Source: Alphaproteobacteria bacterium (lineage in GTDB: Bacteria > Pseudomonadota > Alphaproteobacteria > Bin95). From it: a DNA stretch of 64,000 nt. Shown piece after piece: positions 36,268 to 46,828 of the stretch (positions within the stretch are counted from its first letter, which is position 1; each line of letters begins with the position of its first letter). Location of the stretch: contig OZ224045.1 in NCBI GenBank assembly GCA_963665325.3, positions 160,001-224,000 on the forward strand, given 5' to 3'. The notes below the pieces were generated by a model. The model was not told the origin of the DNA. It worked only from the letters and a program-made list of their open reading frames with translations, and ran no database searches. The translations under genes were made by a program, and so were the position numbers.

Positions 36268-39183
36268 ATGAGCCGGCTCTCCCGAATGTTGTGCCTGAAA
36301 GCCTGCATCGCCGCCGTCGTCGTCGCGGTCTTCCAGGCGGGCCTGACGGCTGGCGCCTTCTACTGGTGGGCCGAGGAGCCGCTCACCCGCGAACTCGACC
36401 GCAAGGCGCTGGCGGTAGGCCAGGCCATGAAGACCGAGATGGAACGCGCCACCCAGGTGGGTATTCCGCTCGACGGGCTCCGAGGGGTCGAGCCCTTCTT
36501 CCAGCGTTTCCTCGACGAAAATCCCGATATCCGGTTCATTGCGGTGACATCGCCGGACAAGGAGCCGGTCTATTTCAGCGGCATCGCGCGCGACCGCCTG
36601 GCGGAGGTTCTCGAAACCGCCGACACCGGATTCGAGGTGCGGCGCCTGGCGGGAGGAGTGACTGAGGCCCGGAACCGCCATGTCGTCGGCGACCTCTCCA
36701 TCGATATTCGTCCGATCGGTCCGATGGACTTTCCTTTGGCCCTGCTGCATGTGGCCGTCGAAAAGGACTTCGTGACACACATCCTGCGCCGCAATTGGTT
36801 GGGTTTCGTCGTCGCGGCCGCCGTCGGCACGTCTGTCGGGCTGTTGTGCGTGCTGATCCTCACATTGCGCGTGAGCCGTCGCGTGGAAAGATTCGACGAC
36901 GGAGTTGCAAAGGCGGCCGACGGTCGTCCGGTGTTGCTCGGCGAATTCGGGCAGCGGGACGAAATCGGCTATGCGGCCCGCGCCTTCAATGCAGTGCTGC
37001 ACGGCCTCCGGGCGCGCTTCGATGCAGCCCTGGAGCAGGCGGAAGACGCCCGCGACGCCGCAGTCGGGCGCACGGTCCGCGATTCGCTGGAACGAATCCG
37101 GCGGGGACTGGTGCAACGGCTGGAGCCGGTGTTCCGGGATATCTCTCCGGTACCTCCGACCGAAGTGGGCCGTTTCGGCAGGAATGTCTCCATCCGCCTC
37201 AGGCTCACCATCATCATCAGTCTTGCCGGGCTGTTGCTGATGATTGGCCTGGGCTACGGCAGTGTCGTTCGTGAACGCCTGTTGGCCGAGAGCTACGACG
37301 AAGACCGTCAGACGGCGCTGAGGACCGTCTGGAAGACGCTATCGCAGCGCGAGACGGATGCGGTCGGCCGCCTGCTGGCGCCGCTGCACACGAACGAGAA
37401 CATCCGATCCGCCCTGCTTGACGGCGATACGTTGCTTGCGGCGCGCCTGATCGAAGACATTGCCGTGGGAATCGGACTCGAACGGCTGGTGACCTTTGAT
37501 CCCTCCGAAGAGGGAGGGGGACGCCTGTTCGTAGGGCGGAATCCCTTGTCGCCGCGCGTCGCCAAGCGGGTCGTCGATACCGGAAGGCAGGTGAGTGGCG
37601 GCGATATCGATGCCGACGGGAAGCCTGTCTGGACGGTTGCGGAGGCCCTCGGCGACCCGGACCGCGGCGATATGCTGATCGTTGCCGGCAGCGTTCCACT
37701 GGCCTCGGCCGTCCTGGAAGCGGGGGCGGTCCTCGGCGGGGAGGCATTCCTGGTCGGAAGCGAAGGCGGGCTGATCTTCGGCACCGATCCGCCGCTCTGG
37801 CAGGGCCTCGACGGTGACAATAGCGACTATGCGGCGACGACCACCAACATCCCGGCATTGAACGGCGGCCGCCTGGCCGCGTTGCATGTCATCGCCGATA
37901 TCAGCGAACTCGTCGCGCGCCAGCAGGCTATGCGCATTGCATTTTTCGGAGCGGCAGCCGTGTTCGCCTGCATCGCGCTTTGGGCCATGTATGCGAATTT
38001 GCGTGGCTCACTGCAGCCGCTGGACCGGGTAATCGGCGTGCTGGAAGCGCTCTCTGCCGGCCGGCGCGGGGTCTGGATCGAACAGGCGGCGGGCACGGAC
38101 GAAATTGCCCGCATCGCCAAGGCTGTCGAGGCCTATCGAAGTTCCCTGGGAGAAGTGGAACGGTTGTCCGCCGAGCGGCGCCGGGCGCAACGGCGGCGCG
38201 AACGCTTCCTGCGTCAACAGATGGTCGGGCTGACCTCGACGGTCGGCGCGGAAGCCAGGCAGGCGGTTACCGACCAGCTGGCCCGGCTCGAGCGGGAGGG
38301 CGCAAGCGACGAATTCGAGGCCCTGACGCTCGTGTTCGAACAGATGGCGCAACGCATCCGAGAACAGCACGGCCGGCTGACAGAACTCATCGAGGAACTC
38401 CGCGAGGCGCTCAAGCACAAGGAACGCCTCGTTGCGATCGAACGGGAGCTGTCCATCGCCCACGACTTGCAGCTTTCTGTGCTGCCGCGCGAAACGCCGC
38501 CCCAGCGCGAGGTCGAGATCGCGGCCCAGATGGTCCCGGCCAAGGAAGTGGGAGGCGACTTCTACGACTATTTCGCGATCGACGATCACCGAATCGGCAT
38601 TGTCATTGCGGATGTCTCCGGCAAGGGCATCCCGGCGGCGTTCTTCATGCTGATCGCGCGCACCCTCCTCAAGGCTACGGCGTTGATCGGCGAGTCTCCG
38701 AGCAAGGTGCTGACGGCGCTGAACGACATGCTGGAGGAAGACAACGAGCAGATGATGTTCGTCACCGCTTTCTATGCAGTCGTCCACACCGGCACGGGGC
38801 ATGTCACCTTCGCCAATGCCGGGCACAACCCGACATACCGGATCGACTGCAAGGGCCAGTTGTCGACCCTGCCGATGGACTCCGGGCTGGCGCTTGCCAT
38901 CATGCCGGGCTTCAGTTTCGAGGAAGGCGAGACCACCCTGCTGCCGGGCGAGACCCTGTTCTTCTATACCGACGGCGTGAACGAAGCCTTCAACGAAGCG
39001 GGCGAGCAGTTCGGCGAGCCGCGCCTGGAAGCCCAGCTGGAAGCCCATGCAGGAGCGTCGCCGGACGCCATTTGCGATGCGATGCGAGCGTCGGTCGAAG
39101 CATTTTCGACCGGCGTTGAGCAGAGCGACGACATTACGACAGTGGCGATGCGCTATGTCGGCAACGGCTCCGAGGCGCCCTGA
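36268..39183 (+). CDS. Multi-sensor HAMP protein with PP2C/SpoIIE (RsbU-like) phosphatase output
   Basis: Two TM-sensor-HAMP modules (RDEIG, TDEIARIA), ELSIAHDLQ, EVGGDFYD, IADVSGKG, YTDGVNEA, QSDDIT. Confidence 0.9.
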   Translation: MSRLSRMLCLKACIAAVVVAVFQAGLTAGAFYWWAEEPLTRELDRKALAVGQAMKTEMERATQVGIPLDGLRGVEPFFQRFLDENPDIRFIAVTSPDKEPVYFSGIARDRLAEVLETADTGFEVRRLAGGVTEARNRHVVGDLSIDIRPIGPMDFPLALLHVAVEKDFVTHILRRNWLGFVVAAAVGTSVGLLCVLILTLRVSRRVERFDDGVAKAADGRPVLLGEFGQRDEIGYAARAFNAVLHGLRARFDAALEQAEDARDAAVGRTVRDSLERIRRGLVQRLEPVFRDISPVPPTEVGRFGRNVSIRLRLTIIISLAGLLLMIGLGYGSVVRERLLAESYDEDRQTALRTVWKTLSQRETDAVGRLLAPLHTNENIRSALLDGDTLLAARLIEDIAVGIGLERLVTFDPSEEGGGRLFVGRNPLSPRVAKRVVDTGRQVSGGDIDADGKPVWTVAEALGDPDRGDMLIVAGSVPLASAVLEAGAVLGGEAFLVGSEGGLIFGTDPPLWQGLDGDNSDYAATTTNIPALNGGRLAALHVIADISELVARQQAMRIAFFGAAAVFACIALWAMYANLRGSLQPLDRVIGVLEALSAGRRGVWIEQAAGTDEIARIAKAVEAYRSSLGEVERLSAERRRAQRRRERFLRQQMVGLTSTVGAEARQAVTDQLARLEREGASDEFEALTLVFEQMAQRIREQHGRLTELIEELREALKHKERLVAIERELSIAHDLQLSVLPRETPPQREVEIAAQMVPAKEVGGDFYDYFAIDDHRIGIVIADVSGKGIPAAFFMLIARTLLKATALIGESPSKVLTALNDMLEEDNEQMMFVTAFYAVVHTGTGHVTFANAGHNPTYRIDCKGQLSTLPMDSGLALAIMPGFSFEEGETTLLPGETLFFYTDGVNEAFNEAGEQFGEPRLEAQLEAHAGASPDAICDAMRASVEAFSTGVEQSDDITTVAMRYVGNGSEAP

Positions 39184-40181
39184 CCCCATTGCCGGTCGAG
39201 GCTTGTGGCCAGGATATGCTCGACCAGTGCCTCGGAGGAAATGCCTACCCTCGCCGCGCATTGCGCGAAGGCCATCGCGCTGCCTATCGAACAGGCGAGA
39301 TTGAATTCGAGGAAGGCGTGGCCCTCGGGACCGACCCGGAAGTCGCAGCGCAGATAATCGTAGGGTCCCACCGCCCGCGCAAACCGGAGCGCATCCTCGA
39401 CGATGGGGGGGAGCCAGGGTTCGTCGCCCGGAAAGTCACGCACCAGTCCCGGTGCGAGCCTTCGCTTCTGGCGGTGGGTGAAGAGCCCATACGGGCTGTC
39501 GCATGTCTGGGTGGCTGCCGGCAGGGCCACCGGCCCGTTCTCACCGACCAGAATCGGCACCGTCACGTCGAAGTCGCCGAAGACCTGCTCGACGAGACAT
39601 TCGTCGATGCTCGCCCCGAGAGTCGCGGCGCGCCCCGCCACGGCGTCGAATTCCTCATGCGCGCTTTCGGCGTCGATGCCTGTCGATGCGGCGCCGAAGC
39701 GCGGCTTCGCGATATACGGTCCGTCGAAATCGGGCCGCTGCAGCGGAACGCCGGGCCCGAACGGCTTTCCGGCCGGCGTCGGCAAGCCGACCGCCTGCGC
39801 CGCCAGCTTGGTCAGCCATTTGTCCTCGGCGAGCGCGCGAATGTTTGCCGGCGCGCCCATACAGGCTATGCCGGCCCGCGCCGCCAGTGCGGAGACATAA
39901 ATCTCCGAGTTGCGAAACGGCGCGATGTTATAGAGCGAGAAGACATAGTTTCGGCCTTCGAAAGCCTGCGGCACGGCGCTGAGATCGGAAAGGCTGACGA
40001 CGTCGAGACCGAGTCCGTTGCGCAGCACGTCGCAGATTTCGTACTGGTAGGCCGGTTGCACACCGAAATCAGGATGAATCGCCTGGGGTTTCGGCGTGTC
40101 GGGCGAAGGTGCATGGGGCGCCAGATACAAAATTTTGAGCGTGGCGCGGCGCTTGTCGTCCAAACGTTTCAGGGCGATCAA
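39153..40181 (-). CDS. ATP-grasp ligase, D-Ala-D-Ala-ligase-like
   Basis: AEDKWLTK, YIAKPRFGAASTGI, YLRCDFRV, FLEFN; TTG start overlapping upstream stop. Confidence 0.8.
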   Translation of the reverse strand: MIALKRLDDKRRATLKILYLAPHAPSPDTPKPQAIHPDFGVQPAYQYEICDVLRNGLGLDVVSLSDLSAVPQAFEGRNYVFSLYNIAPFRNSEIYVSALAARAGIACMGAPANIRALAEDKWLTKLAAQAVGLPTPAGKPFGPGVPLQRPDFDGPYIAKPRFGAASTGIDAESAHEEFDAVAGRAATLGASIDECLVEQVFGDFDVTVPILVGENGPVALPAATQTCDSPYGLFTHRQKRRLAPGLVRDFPGDEPWLPPIVEDALRFARAVGPYDYLRCDFRVGPEGHAFLEFNLACSIGSAMAFAQCAARVGISSEALVEHILATSLDRQWGQGASEPLPT

Positions 40182-41191
40182 GAATCGACTCCGGTCTTTA
40201 TGAACTGGGCAAAACGCAAGATTTCCATTGGCGGATACACTTTCAGCTTGTGAGCCGTCTCCATATTGATCACGAAGGAGAACCGGGAGAGCGTTTCGAT
40301 GGGGATTTCTCCCGGATCCTTGCCACCGGTCAGTATCTGCTCCGCCTTGAAGGCGGCGAACTGCCCGACGGCATAAAGCGGGCTGACCAGCCCTGTCATG
40401 CAATGCCGGCGGATCAGGGTTTCCACACCGCAGAAAGTGGGGAGGCCGAGCTCGGTTGCGGCGCGCGTCACCTGTTCGGCGTGGGCGCCGAAGAAGTTGG
40501 ACGGCGGGATATACAGGAAATCCACTCCTGCTTCCTTGAGGCGCCGGAGCGTCGGCTCGATCTGGGCCGGGTCGCGTTCGACCTTGGGTTCTGTCGGGCT
40601 GTCAGAGACGAACTCGATGCCGGATTCTTCCGCGAGCGCCCGCATGGCGGCTTCCGAGCGCCGTTGTGCGCCCGAACTCTTGTCGTACAGCATGCCGAGC
40701 TTCTCGAAGGGCATATAGGTGCGCATCGCATTGAGCCGCACGAGGTTCGATACGACATGTCGGGCGCCGGTGAGATTGCGCTTCGAGAGCATTGGCGCTG
40801 CCGGGTCCGGATTGCTCGGCACCAGTTTCGACCTGGCGGGAAAGGACACCATCGAAAACACGATCGGAATGTCGAGAACGTGCTTCGCCGGGTCGGCTTC
40901 CTCCAGCCGCCCGACGACGGCGCGCGTCACCGATGTCGTCTGGGTATAGACGAGATCCGGCTTGAGCGCCTTGATTTCCTCGATATAGCCGGGCAGGCGT
41001 GATCGGTCGTTTTCCATGTCGCGGAAGACGAAGGTGGCGTCAACGCCGTTCGCCTTCAGATAGTCTCGGAAGCCCTCGTCGGCGCCCGATCCTGCGCGAT
41101 GCACGATCATGTAGATCGAGAAGGGCTCCGACAGGGAAGCGGAGGCGGTCGTCGTCAGGACCGCCAGGGCCAGAAATAGCGCTCGGAACAT
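40178..41191 (-). CDS. ABC-type substrate-binding protein (stand-alone)
   Basis: Signal peptide, KPDLVYT, PIVF, GQFAAFKAEQIL, INMETAHKL. Confidence 0.85.
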   Translation of the reverse strand: MFRALFLALAVLTTTASASLSEPFSIYMIVHRAGSGADEGFRDYLKANGVDATFVFRDMENDRSRLPGYIEEIKALKPDLVYTQTTSVTRAVVGRLEEADPAKHVLDIPIVFSMVSFPARSKLVPSNPDPAAPMLSKRNLTGARHVVSNLVRLNAMRTYMPFEKLGMLYDKSSGAQRRSEAAMRALAEESGIEFVSDSPTEPKVERDPAQIEPTLRRLKEAGVDFLYIPPSNFFGAHAEQVTRAATELGLPTFCGVETLIRRHCMTGLVSPLYAVGQFAAFKAEQILTGGKDPGEIPIETLSRFSFVINMETAHKLKVYPPMEILRFAQFIKTGVDS

Positions 41192-41283
41192 CGAAATGGG
41201 TATCCGTTGCGTTGCCTGAGGATAGGTCGCTGGCTATCATAAGGCGGTTCGCGGCGTTTGCGACAGACATGTGGTAATTTCGA

Positions 41284-42294
41284 ATGAATGAGCTGTTACA
41301 AATCAATCCGGAGCAGCGTCGGGAGCTGGACATCCTCTTTCTGGCCAAATACGCGGAAGACTGGAACGAACCGCCGCCAGCGGTACATCCGCTCTACGGA
41401 CGAGAACTCTACACGAAGTTCGAGGTGCTTTCCGTCCTGCGCGGCCTGGCGCGTTCGGTGGAGCCATGCGCCAGCCTCGAGTCGTTCGAGGAACGCATGC
41501 GCCGCGGCCCGGCGCCCGATTATGTTTTCCAGATTTACAATCGCGAGGCCGTTCGCAATCCCGAAATATTGGTGTCCTCGCTTTGTGCGCGCACCGGTGT
41601 CCCCTATCTCGGCAGCCCGCCGAACGTGCGGGCCATGGCTGAGGACAAGTGGATCACCAAGCTGATGGCGCGCGCGGCAGGGCTGCTTGTGCCGGATGGA
41701 GTTGTGGCGGTCGTCGAAGCCGATCTGGACGATCCGCCGGGCTTCGAGGGGCCGTATTTCGTCAAGCCCCGCTTCGGCGCCAATTCCGAAGGCGTCGATG
41801 AGGGTTCGATCTGCGACAGCTGGGAGGAAGCCCGGTCGAGAGCGACAGCGTTGCTGACCGCCGGCGAGGAGGCGCTAATCGAGGCGCTGGCGCCCGGCCT
41901 CGATGTGACGGTGCCGGTGCTGGGCGGGCCTCTGGCGCTGCATCCGGTCGCCAACCATTCCGACTTGCGCGAAGGCGTCCAGACCGAGCGCCAGAAGCGC
42001 TTTCTTGACCCCGGAAAGCGCGGAGAGCCTTTCGACGACGCACCGCTTTGCGAAGAGCTCAGGGAGGCGGCGCTGGCATTCACGAAGCTGGTGCAGCCCT
42101 GCGATTACCTTCGGGTCGATTTCCGGGTTGCGCCGGACCGCTCCTTCCGCCTGCTGGAGTTCAATGTCACCTGCAACCTGGCGACCACCATGTCGATGAA
42201 CGTCGGCGCCGGTGGGGCGGGCGTGTCGCACGCAGCCATGATTGAGCATTTCCTCTGCTACAGCCTGCAGCGCCAGGGAGTGCTGGCGGCATGA
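41284..42294 (+). CDS. ATP-grasp ligase, D-Ala-D-Ala-ligase-like (paralogue)
   Basis: AEDKWITK, YFVKPRFGANSEGV, YLRVDFRV, LLEFN. Confidence 0.8.
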   Translation: MNELLQINPEQRRELDILFLAKYAEDWNEPPPAVHPLYGRELYTKFEVLSVLRGLARSVEPCASLESFEERMRRGPAPDYVFQIYNREAVRNPEILVSSLCARTGVPYLGSPPNVRAMAEDKWITKLMARAAGLLVPDGVVAVVEADLDDPPGFEGPYFVKPRFGANSEGVDEGSICDSWEEARSRATALLTAGEEALIEALAPGLDVTVPVLGGPLALHPVANHSDLREGVQTERQKRFLDPGKRGEPFDDAPLCEELREAALAFTKLVQPCDYLRVDFRVAPDRSFRLLEFNVTCNLATTMSMNVGAGGAGVSHAAMIEHFLCYSLQRQGVLAA

Positions 42295-43043
42295 GGCTGC
42301 TTGTCATACTGAATGCTGCCTTCCTGTGCGCCTTCGCGGGGACGATGGCGCTGATGATTCTGCTCAACCAGCAGAAGTTCGCCGACATATTACGCGGATT
42401 GGACGACTCGCGCGTTTCTGTCATGACGCTCGACACGTCGCGGCGGCTTCGCCAGGCGGTCGATTTAGGGCTGCCCCTCAAGGACATTGCCGAAAGCCGG
42501 TCCATCGTGGAGGCCCTGATCGAAGACTATCCGGAGTTACAATCGGTCAGCATTTTCGACGCGGGCGGCCGTGTGCTCGAGCATGGCGGCAACGAGCTGG
42601 ACACCGGGCGGAACAAGGCTCCGCCAATATGGGTTTCGGACAACCGGGCGGCGGACGGAGAGGTCTGGCGGATCGAAGACCCGGAATCGTTCATCGTCGG
42701 CGCGCCGGTCGTCAATAATTTCGGGAAGCTCGAAGGCGGGGTGGCGGTGCGCTACAGCAAGGCGCGCTACAGCACTATCGTCGCAGGCCTGTTGAACGAG
42801 CTCCTCGAAGCCGCCGCCATTATTTTCGTCGCCAGCGGCTTGCTTGCAGTGCTGGGAACCGCCGCTGCGCTTTGGAAGCTCACGAGGACTGCCCGCTATC
42901 TGCAACGGAGCGTCGAGAATCTTCTGAAACCGGACCCGGACGATGCGCCGGCGGATACGGACCTGGTCGAATTCGTGGGCTACAGCGCGTCGGTGCGAGA
43001 AACGGCGGCGACGCTGGCGGCTGCGGAAGGGAGGGAGCGATGA
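42291..43043 (+). CDS. Two-TM membrane protein with periplasmic Cache-like domain
   Basis: DLGLPL, IFDAGGRVL, PVVNNFGKLEGGV; ATGA overlap. Confidence 0.75.
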   Translation: MRLLVILNAAFLCAFAGTMALMILLNQQKFADILRGLDDSRVSVMTLDTSRRLRQAVDLGLPLKDIAESRSIVEALIEDYPELQSVSIFDAGGRVLEHGGNELDTGRNKAPPIWVSDNRAADGEVWRIEDPESFIVGAPVVNNFGKLEGGVAVRYSKARYSTIVAGLLNELLEAAAIIFVASGLLAVLGTAAALWKLTRTARYLQRSVENLLKPDPDDAPADTDLVEFVGYSASVRETAATLAAAEGRER

Positions 43044-45082
43044 TCCGCAGCCGGCGGCAGGCGCCCACCCTTTCCGGACTCGGTCTTCGCATCGGGTTCG
43101 TTGCTGTCGCGGCACTGGTCGTCGCGAATGCGCTGCTTGCCTGGATTGCGCTCGGCGCCGTCGAGAAAAGGCTGGAGCCGGTCATCCAGGACAAGGCGCA
43201 TGTCCTCGCCGGGTCAATCTCCAACGATCTTTACAAGGCGGTGCGCCTCGATATTCCGCTGGGCAGCCTGAAGGGCGTGGACGCCTTTCTGGAGAACTTG
43301 CTGATCGACCATCCCGAAGTCGCCTATCTCGCGGTGACGAACCCCGAGGGCAAGGTGCTGTTCTCGGCGAAGGCAGGCAACGGCGCAGACGGCACGCCGC
43401 TACCGTTCGCCGCCAACGCCAGCGAAGCCGAGGCAGGGACGTTCGTTTCATTCGGCTCCGAATACAACATCACGCTTCCGCTGGTTCAGGACGGCAACCG
43501 TGTCGGGCACACGATGATCGGGATAGACAGGGGTTACGTGCGCAACACGATGGGCGGCATCTTTACCGACATAGGCATATCGCTGTGCGTAGCCGTGTTG
43601 ATTGTGCTCGAACTTACCTTGCTGGTGCTGTCGCTGACGGTTGCGCGTTCCATCGGGTTGATGCGGCGCCTGATGCATGCCGTCAGCGAAGGAGATTTTT
43701 CCGCTTCGATTACCACACGCGGACGGGATGATCTGGGCCGCGTCATTGACGCGATGAACGGCATCAATGCCGAAATCAACCGGCGTTTCCGTGCTGTGGC
43801 GTCGGGCGGCAGCGCCGCGGCGCTGGAGAGTTTGCGCGAGGGCCGGGTATTCGCCGAGGGCGGCGCCTACCGGCCCGTGCAGGTACTGCGCGCCGGCGAT
43901 GTGCAATATCCGCTCTTTTTCTTCATCTTCGGGGTGGAACTGTCCCGCCCCTTCTTCCCGCTGTTCGTGCGGGACCTTTACGACCCCTCGCTCGGCATCG
44001 ACGCGTCGATAGCGATCGCCATGCCGATGTCGGTATGGGTTATCGCGATGCTTCTCACGACGCCGTTCGCGCCGGCTCTGATCCGGCGGCTGGGCACGCG
44101 CAACACGCTTCTCATGGGCATGGCACCAACCAGTATCGGGCTGATCGCGACAGCCTCTTCCACCGGCTTCATCGAGCTTATTGGCTGGCGATGCCTGACG
44201 GCGGCCGGGTTCGGCCTGGTGACCGCCGCCATTCTGGTCCGGCTGGCCATGACCGCGCCGGAGCGGCGACGAGCGCTCAACATCGGCGTCTTCGTTACAG
44301 CTACCGGGGGCGGCAGCATCTGCGCGACTGCCATCGGCGGGATTCTCGCCGAACGACTGGGCTACGAAAATACCTTCCTCGTCGGAGCCGCAATCGTTTT
44401 CGTCGCCATGTCGATTGCATTCGGCTTTCTGTCGCCTGACGAAGGCGTGGGTGCCCGCGTCGGAACGCCTACCCGCCGCAGGAGTTTCGGAATCTACGGC
44501 AGTGTCAGATTCATGGTGTTCATGGCTCTATCTGCGCTGCCGTCGCGCACGGTACTCACGGGCTTCATGTTCTTCCTGGTTCCGCTCTATCTCGACTCGA
44601 TCGGATTCGGCGGCGCGGCTATCGGACGAACGATGATGGTCTATTTCCTGGTGCTGCTGGTCATGAATCAGGCAGCGGCATTGATGGCCGACAGGTTCCA
44701 GAACCACGGAATGCTGATTCTGGCGGGAGGCGTATCGGCGGCTGCCGGTTGCCTGCTGTTCGTTTCAACCGTGGACAGTTTGCTGCTGGTATGCGGCGTC
44801 GCGCTGATCGGGCTCGGTCAGTCGCTTGTAATGACCCCGCAGGTGGCCGTGCTGCCGGCCTATTTCAGAACCGAGACGGAAGCATACGGCACTGGCTCGG
44901 TCACGGCGGCCTTCAGGGTGGTGGAACGAGCCGGAAGCATTGTGGGGCCCCTGCTGGCGGGGGCTGTCGTCGCGGCTGCTGGGCTGGCACGGGCGGGCGA
45001 ACTGATCGGCTACGGCATACTGGCGACGACTGTGTTGCTGGCCGTGATCCTGGCGACCGGCGTGGTCAGCCGTCGGCACTGA
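43040..45082 (+). CDS. Periplasmic sensor-HAMP domain fused to MFS transporter
   Basis: TM-sensor-TM, GDFS..GRDDLG HAMP, then about 12 hydrophobic helices with GGILAERLGY. Confidence 0.85.
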   Translation: MIRSRRQAPTLSGLGLRIGFVAVAALVVANALLAWIALGAVEKRLEPVIQDKAHVLAGSISNDLYKAVRLDIPLGSLKGVDAFLENLLIDHPEVAYLAVTNPEGKVLFSAKAGNGADGTPLPFAANASEAEAGTFVSFGSEYNITLPLVQDGNRVGHTMIGIDRGYVRNTMGGIFTDIGISLCVAVLIVLELTLLVLSLTVARSIGLMRRLMHAVSEGDFSASITTRGRDDLGRVIDAMNGINAEINRRFRAVASGGSAAALESLREGRVFAEGGAYRPVQVLRAGDVQYPLFFFIFGVELSRPFFPLFVRDLYDPSLGIDASIAIAMPMSVWVIAMLLTTPFAPALIRRLGTRNTLLMGMAPTSIGLIATASSTGFIELIGWRCLTAAGFGLVTAAILVRLAMTAPERRRALNIGVFVTATGGGSICATAIGGILAERLGYENTFLVGAAIVFVAMSIAFGFLSPDEGVGARVGTPTRRRSFGIYGSVRFMVFMALSALPSRTVLTGFMFFLVPLYLDSIGFGGAAIGRTMMVYFLVLLVMNQAAALMADRFQNHGMLILAGGVSAAAGCLLFVSTVDSLLLVCGVALIGLGQSLVMTPQVAVLPAYFRTETEAYGTGSVTAAFRVVERAGSIVGPLLAGAVVAAAGLARAGELIGYGILATTVLLAVILATGVVSRRH

Positions 45083-46727
45083 CCATGGCTTCGATCACCA
45101 CTGGGCCGGAGCCCGCGAACGCGTCGCGGTAGGCCTTGCGGAAGGCAGCTGGCGTTTCGGCGCGCACCGCTGCCATGCCGAACCCTTCCGCGAGCCGCGT
45201 GGCGTCGATGGGTGGATCGCGGAAATCCATGCCGATCGGTGCGTCATTGTCGTGAAACGCCTTCATCCGGTCCTTCAGGATGCGGTAACCGCCATTGTTG
45301 GCAATCACGAAGATAACCGGCAGCCGCGCGTTCGCCGCCGTCCATAGCGCCTGGATCGAATACATGGCGCTGCCGTCCCCGATCAGTGCGACAGTGCGCC
45401 GTTCGGGCCGCGCGATCTGCACGCCGACAGCCGCTGCAATGCCCCAGCCGATGCCGCCCGATACATTGCCGAAATAGCCGTTTGCATCCCGGAACGGCAG
45501 GAAGTCCAGAAGGCGCGCGCCGGTGGTAATGCCTTCATCGACCACGATGCCGTCTTCCGGCAGTTCTTCGGCCAGACATTTGCAGAGCCATGCTGGCGGA
45601 ATGGGACCGACGGTCTCGGGCACATCCGCCAGGGCTTCCCGTGCCTTGTTCCGGCTAGCGCTCCAGTTGCGTTTGCCGAGCGCGGCAATCCGGCCCCGCC
45701 GGCTTTCGCCGAGCCTTTCCTCAAGCAGCGGGTTCAGGGCCGCGAGGGTTTCCTGCACATCGCCCAGCGCCGCAATCTCGGCGGAATAGTTCTTGGCGAG
45801 TTCCCAGTCCCGAAGGCCGATCTGGACGACGGCCATATGTTCCGGCAGCGGCTCGGTCTCGCTCCACACCGACATGCGCAGGAAGTCGGCGCCGAGGCTG
45901 ACGATCAGGTCGTAGGGCGCCAGCACCTGCCTGACCTGCGGCTGACTGCGGGTGAGCGCGCCCATGAAGCAGGGGTGTTCCGAGAGGAAGTGCGCTCCCT
46001 GCGGCACGCTTTGCTGATAGACCGGCGCGCCCAGCAGATCAGCGAATCGAGCGGCAGCATCCAGCGCGCCGCCGGTGGCCGTCTCGTGGCCGGCGAGAAC
46101 GACCGGATTGGCGGCCGCGGCGATGCGGTCCACCATCGCTGCCAGGGTCCCGTCGGAAGGGCGGACGCGCGAATCGACCCGTGTGGCCTGTCCGAGATCT
46201 ATGGCTTCATGGCGGTTCAGGATGTCTCCGGGAAGGGAGATGAATACCGGCCCGGTCGGCGGAGTCGTCGCCACCTTGGCGGCGCGCCGCAAGATGCGCG
46301 GCAGATCCTCGATCCTGGCGACTTCCACCGCCCACTTGACCACAGGTTCCGCAATCGGGGTGAGCGGGGCATAGAGGAGCGGCTCCGTGAGCCCATGCCC
46401 CTGCTCCTGCTGGCCTGCGGTCACGATGATCGGCGAGCCGCTCTGCGAAGCGGTGTAGAGCGCGCCGATGGCATTCCCCAGTCCCGGCGCGACATGCACG
46501 TTGCAGGCCGCCAGCTTGCCTGAGGCGCGCGCATAGCCGTCGGCCATGGCGACAACCACCGATTCCTGCAGGCCCAGCACATAGCCGAGGTCGCTCTGTT
46601 CGGTCAGCGCATGCATGATCGGTAGTTCCGTTGTGCCCGGATTGCCGAAAAGATGCGTCACGCCTTCATCCTTGAGAACGGCGAGGAAGGCGCTGCGGCC
46701 GCTGATCGTATTGGAAGGGGAGGGCAT
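45066..46727 (-). CDS. Thiamine-diphosphate enzyme, benzoylformate decarboxylase-like
   Basis: FGNPGTTELP, MADGYARASG, IGDGSAMY..NNGGY. Confidence 0.9.
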   Translation of the reverse strand: MPSPSNTISGRSAFLAVLKDEGVTHLFGNPGTTELPIMHALTEQSDLGYVLGLQESVVVAMADGYARASGKLAACNVHVAPGLGNAIGALYTASQSGSPIIVTAGQQEQGHGLTEPLLYAPLTPIAEPVVKWAVEVARIEDLPRILRRAAKVATTPPTGPVFISLPGDILNRHEAIDLGQATRVDSRVRPSDGTLAAMVDRIAAAANPVVLAGHETATGGALDAAARFADLLGAPVYQQSVPQGAHFLSEHPCFMGALTRSQPQVRQVLAPYDLIVSLGADFLRMSVWSETEPLPEHMAVVQIGLRDWELAKNYSAEIAALGDVQETLAALNPLLEERLGESRRGRIAALGKRNWSASRNKAREALADVPETVGPIPPAWLCKCLAEELPEDGIVVDEGITTGARLLDFLPFRDANGYFGNVSGGIGWGIAAAVGVQIARPERRTVALIGDGSAMYSIQALWTAANARLPVIFVIANNGGYRILKDRMKAFHDNDAPIGMDFRDPPIDATRLAEGFGMAAVRAETPAAFRKAYRDAFAGSGPVVIEAMVSADG

Positions 46728-46828
46728 TGGTTGTTCGCTTCCCTCGTTCGCAGGAAAACCGTAAGTCCGGGTAGAGGCAGGGAAGTGTTCCGGATGGGCC
46801 GGCCTCCTTCCCGTCCGGAAAGGGATCG

